Shown here: positions 35,724 through 38,062 of the stretch, in pieces
How positions within the stretch are numbered: the stretch's first letter is position 1
Layout: the number at the start of each line of letters is the position of its first letter
Assembly: GCA_947449515.1 (NCBI GenBank)
Contig: CANFSD010000001.1
Span: 1-38,062 of the forward strand
Source: Bacteroidota bacterium
GTDB taxonomy: Bacteria > Bacteroidota > Bacteroidia > UKL13-3
Length of the DNA stretch: 38,062 nt
Reading direction: 5' to 3'
Translations under genes and position numbers: made by a program
The notes under the pieces: generated by a model
Told to the model about the DNA's origin: nothing
Database searches by the model: none
What the model saw: only the letters and a program-made list of their open reading frames with translations

Positions 35724-36956
35724 ATGGAAACAATTTCTTTGAATGATGATTTAATGGCGCCTAATGTAATTTCAGATCCTCATGGTTATTACCGCACTCT
35801 TAGGGAAGCAGAACCAATCCATTGGAATGCCCGTTGGGGTGGTTGGGTGCTTACGGGTTACAACGAGGTGGTAGAAGTGTTGCGCGATTCTTTAAATTTT
35901 TCATCAGATCGCATGGGCTTTTTAGCCCAAGAACTTACGCAAGAGGAACAAGAATCCATTGCGCCCATCTTTAAAATCTTATCCTATTGGATGGTTTTTC
36001 GAGATCCGCCAGAACATACTGCATTGCGCATGTTACTCAACAAACATTTTACGCCAATTGCCATAGAACGATACCGTCCAATGGTGAGAAAAATAGTTCA
36101 AAAAACCTTGGATAAAGTTTTGTCAAAAGGCAAAATTGATTTTGTTAAAGACTTTGCCTATGAAGTGCCAATGACGGTTATCCTAGAATTAATTGGAGCG
36201 CCTGATTTAGATACTGAAAAAATTAAAGAATGGTCGGAGAAATTAGGTGTATTCTTTTTTATCAAAGCAGATGAACCTCGTCGCAGAGAAATTGCTTGCG
36301 AAGGAATAAATGCATTGGTAGATTATATCACCCCCTTAATTGAACAAAAAAGAGAGCGCCCAGGAATTGATTTAATTAGTTTATTGCTTTCTGCAGAAGA
36401 GGCCGGAAGTATAACAGCTAATGATGTTTTGGCCACTTGTGTGCTTTTGGTTTTTGGAGGTCATGAAACCACCATGAACCTTATTGCAAACGGCACAATG
36501 GCATTTATCAATCACCCAGATCAATGGGATAAATTTCAAAAAAATCCAGACCTCTTAAAAAAGGCAGTCGAAGAATTATTGCGTTATGATGGCTCTGTAA
36601 AATCAACAGTTCGCTGGGCTAAAGAAGATACGCAAGTAGGAAACACACTCATTAAAAAGGGCGACCGTATTCTGGTTAGCTTATCTGGTGCAAATAGAGA
36701 CCCGCAACAATTCACAGATCCAGATGGGTTAAACATTGAACGCAATCCAAATTTACATGTGGCATTTGCCCATGGAATTCATGTGTGCCTTGGTGCATCT
36801 CTTGCCCGAATGGAAGTGGAAGAAGCATTTGCTGGTTTAATCAGCAGAATTCAATGTCCAGAATTGGTTGAAGGTGCTCAATTAGAATATTATCCATCTG
36901 TAGTGCACAGAGCAATTAAAGAATTACCTGTATACATCAAGCCTTTAATTAAATAA
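35724..36956 (+). CDS. Cytochrome P450 (soluble class I bacterial type)
   Basis: I chose the ATG at 35724 (METISLNDDLMAPNVISDPHGYY). It has I-helix LLVFGGHETT, the ExxR motif in ELLRYD and the heme loop FAHGIHVCLGASLAR (Cys codon 36786-36788). Confidence 0.9.
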   Translation: METISLNDDLMAPNVISDPHGYYRTLREAEPIHWNARWGGWVLTGYNEVVEVLRDSLNFSSDRMGFLAQELTQEEQESIAPIFKILSYWMVFRDPPEHTALRMLLNKHFTPIAIERYRPMVRKIVQKTLDKVLSKGKIDFVKDFAYEVPMTVILELIGAPDLDTEKIKEWSEKLGVFFFIKADEPRRREIACEGINALVDYITPLIEQKRERPGIDLISLLLSAEEAGSITANDVLATCVLLVFGGHETTMNLIANGTMAFINHPDQWDKFQKNPDLLKKAVEELLRYDGSVKSTVRWAKEDTQVGNTLIKKGDRILVSLSGANRDPQQFTDPDGLNIERNPNLHVAFAHGIHVCLGASLARMEVEEAFAGLISRIQCPELVEGAQLEYYPSVVHRAIKELPVYIKPLIK

Positions 36957-36959
36957 ATT

Positions 36960-37199
36960 ATGGAAAACATTAAAGTCAGTGTTGATCTCAACAAATGCGT
37001 TGGCTCACAATTGTGTATTATGTTCTCTCCAACTGTTTTTGAACGCGATGGCAATGGTCAATCTAAAATAGTAAATAGGAATGGCGCCAACCTAGCAGAA
37101 ATGTTGTCAACGGCAGAGCAATGCCCACAATGTGCTATTAAGGTTGAAAATACTCAAACGGGTGAGGTTTTGTTTCCTCCACCTGAGTTGGCCTTCTAA
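36960..37199 (+). CDS. Small single-cluster ferredoxin (probably [3Fe-4S])
   Basis: 79-aa ORF starting 3 nt after the P450 stop. It has CVGSQLC (CxxSxxC) plus a distal CP (AEQCPQC), the pattern of P450-partner ferredoxins in which a non-Cys second ligand position gives a 3Fe-4S cluster. Confidence 0.8.
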   Translation: MENIKVSVDLNKCVGSQLCIMFSPTVFERDGNGQSKIVNRNGANLAEMLSTAEQCPQCAIKVENTQTGEVLFPPPELAF

Positions 37200-37220
37200 T
37201 TTTTAGTGATTCTTTTTTTT

Positions 37221-37262
37221 AGCCATTTTCTGAAAACTATTTTTGGGAAGTGGCTTTTTATT
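37221..37262 (+). terminator. Possible intrinsic terminator after the ferredoxin gene
   Basis: An imperfect 10-bp stem, AGCCATTTTC (37221-37230) with GGAAGTGGCT (37246-37255) and two G-U pairs, has a 15-nt loop and is followed by TTTTTATTT. Confidence 0.35.
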
Positions 37263-37269
37263 TAGTTCC

Positions 37270-37279
37270 GGTTCGAACC
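37270..37279. repeat. GGTTCGAACC iterated palindrome, copy 5
   Basis: Read directly. It is non-coding, between the ferredoxin terminator-like hairpin and the nnr start. It is followed by a second small dyad, AACCAAA...TTTGGTT. Confidence 0.9.
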
Positions 37280-37306
37280 AAATTAGCGTAACTTTGGTTT
37301 TTGCTT

Positions 37307-38062
37307 ATGAAAATTTTTACCACGGCTCAAATTAGAGAATGGGACGCCTTTACAATACTTAACGAACCCATTAAATCTATTGATTTAATGGAACGTGCCG
37401 CTCAACAAGCCTATGCAGTGTTTGCGCACCAAATGCAAACTTTTTTGCCCGAACCAAGCCAAAAGCAATTTGCAGTTTTTTGTGGCCAAGGTAACAATGG
37501 CGGCGATGGTTTAGTGTTTGCTAGAAAGTTGCATGAAGCGGGTTTAAACACAAAAATTTATGTGCTTAAGCTAAAAGAAAAGGGGAGTGCAGATTTTGAA
37601 ATTCAATTACAAAAAACAATCGAAATTGGAGTGCCACTTCAAATGATTGATAGTATAGATACGCTTACCAAAATTTCATCTTATGATGTTTATATAGATG
37701 CCATCTTTGGTTCGGGACTCACTAAAAATTTAGATGGTTTGGCAAAAGAATTGATTGATTTTTTAAACAAACAAAATGGAATGAAAATTTCCATAGATAT
37801 TCCAAGTGGCCTATTCGGAGATATTGAATTGGCAATACTTCAAGAGAAAACAACAGTTTTTAATGCACACCAAACCTATACATTCCAAATTCCTAAATCA
37901 AGTTTTTTGTTCGAAGAAACGGGGAAAGCCCTAGGTTCGTTATTTGTAGTTCCTATCGGTTTACATCCCAAGTTTTCACCTCAAAAACTATCCACTTGGA
38001 ATTGGCTTATTCCAGAAAATATTCCTTCTGTTTCGTATGCTAAATTCGATTATAAATGGCAA
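37307..38062 (+). CDS. nnr: NAD(P)H-hydrate epimerase / ADP-dependent dehydratase (YjeF/Nnr), N-terminal part; the 3' end lies outside the window
   Basis: The frame is open from ATG 37307 to the window edge (252 codons; absent from the ORF track because it has no stop). FCGQGNNGGDGLVFARKL, DAIFGSGL and SIDIPSG are YjeF_N motifs. Confidence 0.8.
   Translation, partial: MKIFTTAQIREWDAFTILNEPIKSIDLMERAAQQAYAVFAHQMQTFLPEPSQKQFAVFCGQGNNGGDGLVFARKLHEAGLNTKIYVLKLKEKGSADFEIQLQKTIEIGVPLQMIDSIDTLTKISSYDVYIDAIFGSGLTKNLDGLAKELIDFLNKQNGMKISIDIPSGLFGDIELAILQEKTTVFNAHQTYTFQIPKSSFLFEETGKALGSLFVVPIGLHPKFSPQKLSTWNWLIPENIPSVSYAKFDYKWQ

Noticed and set aside
33569-37199. The TA pair, glycosyltransferase, P450 and ferredoxin might form a horizontally acquired genomic island.
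   Set aside because: I saw no integrase, transposase, tRNA target or flanking direct repeats, and no compositional break visible by eye. The block is interleaved with core genes (ispE, nnr). I therefore do not call a mobile element.

Overview
This is an AT-rich, very gene-dense chromosomal segment that looks like Bacteroidota. Supporting signs are lineage-typical proteins (DUF3276 PUR-like, DUF1573, DUF3822-like, a C25/PorU-like peptidase), TAnnTTTG-type -7 boxes, and no Shine-Dalgarno motif upstream of the starts I inspected. I call about 38 protein genes, mostly housekeeping: kdsB fragment, pfkA, Leu/Val dehydrogenase, nusB, yajC, coaE, a UvrD/PcrA helicase, an M20 dipeptidase, polX, upp, rsmD, coaD, pyrE, plsC-like, gatC, ispE, an nnr fragment and three ABC components. 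I saw no rRNA, tRNA, CRISPR array, transposase or integrase. Accessory-looking content is confined to about 33.5-37.2 kb. It comprises an Xre/DUF2384-RES toxin-antitoxin pair wired directly into the ispE cistron, a GT-B glycosyltransferase, and a divergent cytochrome P450 plus ferredoxin pair. The strongest signal not explained by genes is the 10-bp palindrome GGTTCGAACC. It occurs five times exactly and five more times with one mismatch, in different reading frames and in non-coding DNA, which resembles a highly iterated palindrome or uptake-type signal. Other points are a 1675-aa PorU-like C25 peptidase with no adjacent porV-like gene, a 40-bp perfect palindrome, an oddly oriented intrinsic terminator in the polX/EamA spacer, and extreme gene packing (shared stop codons, overlapping divergent starts). 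I did not find a convincing new multi-gene defence or biosynthetic system. All product calls rest on remembered family motifs, not on searches.
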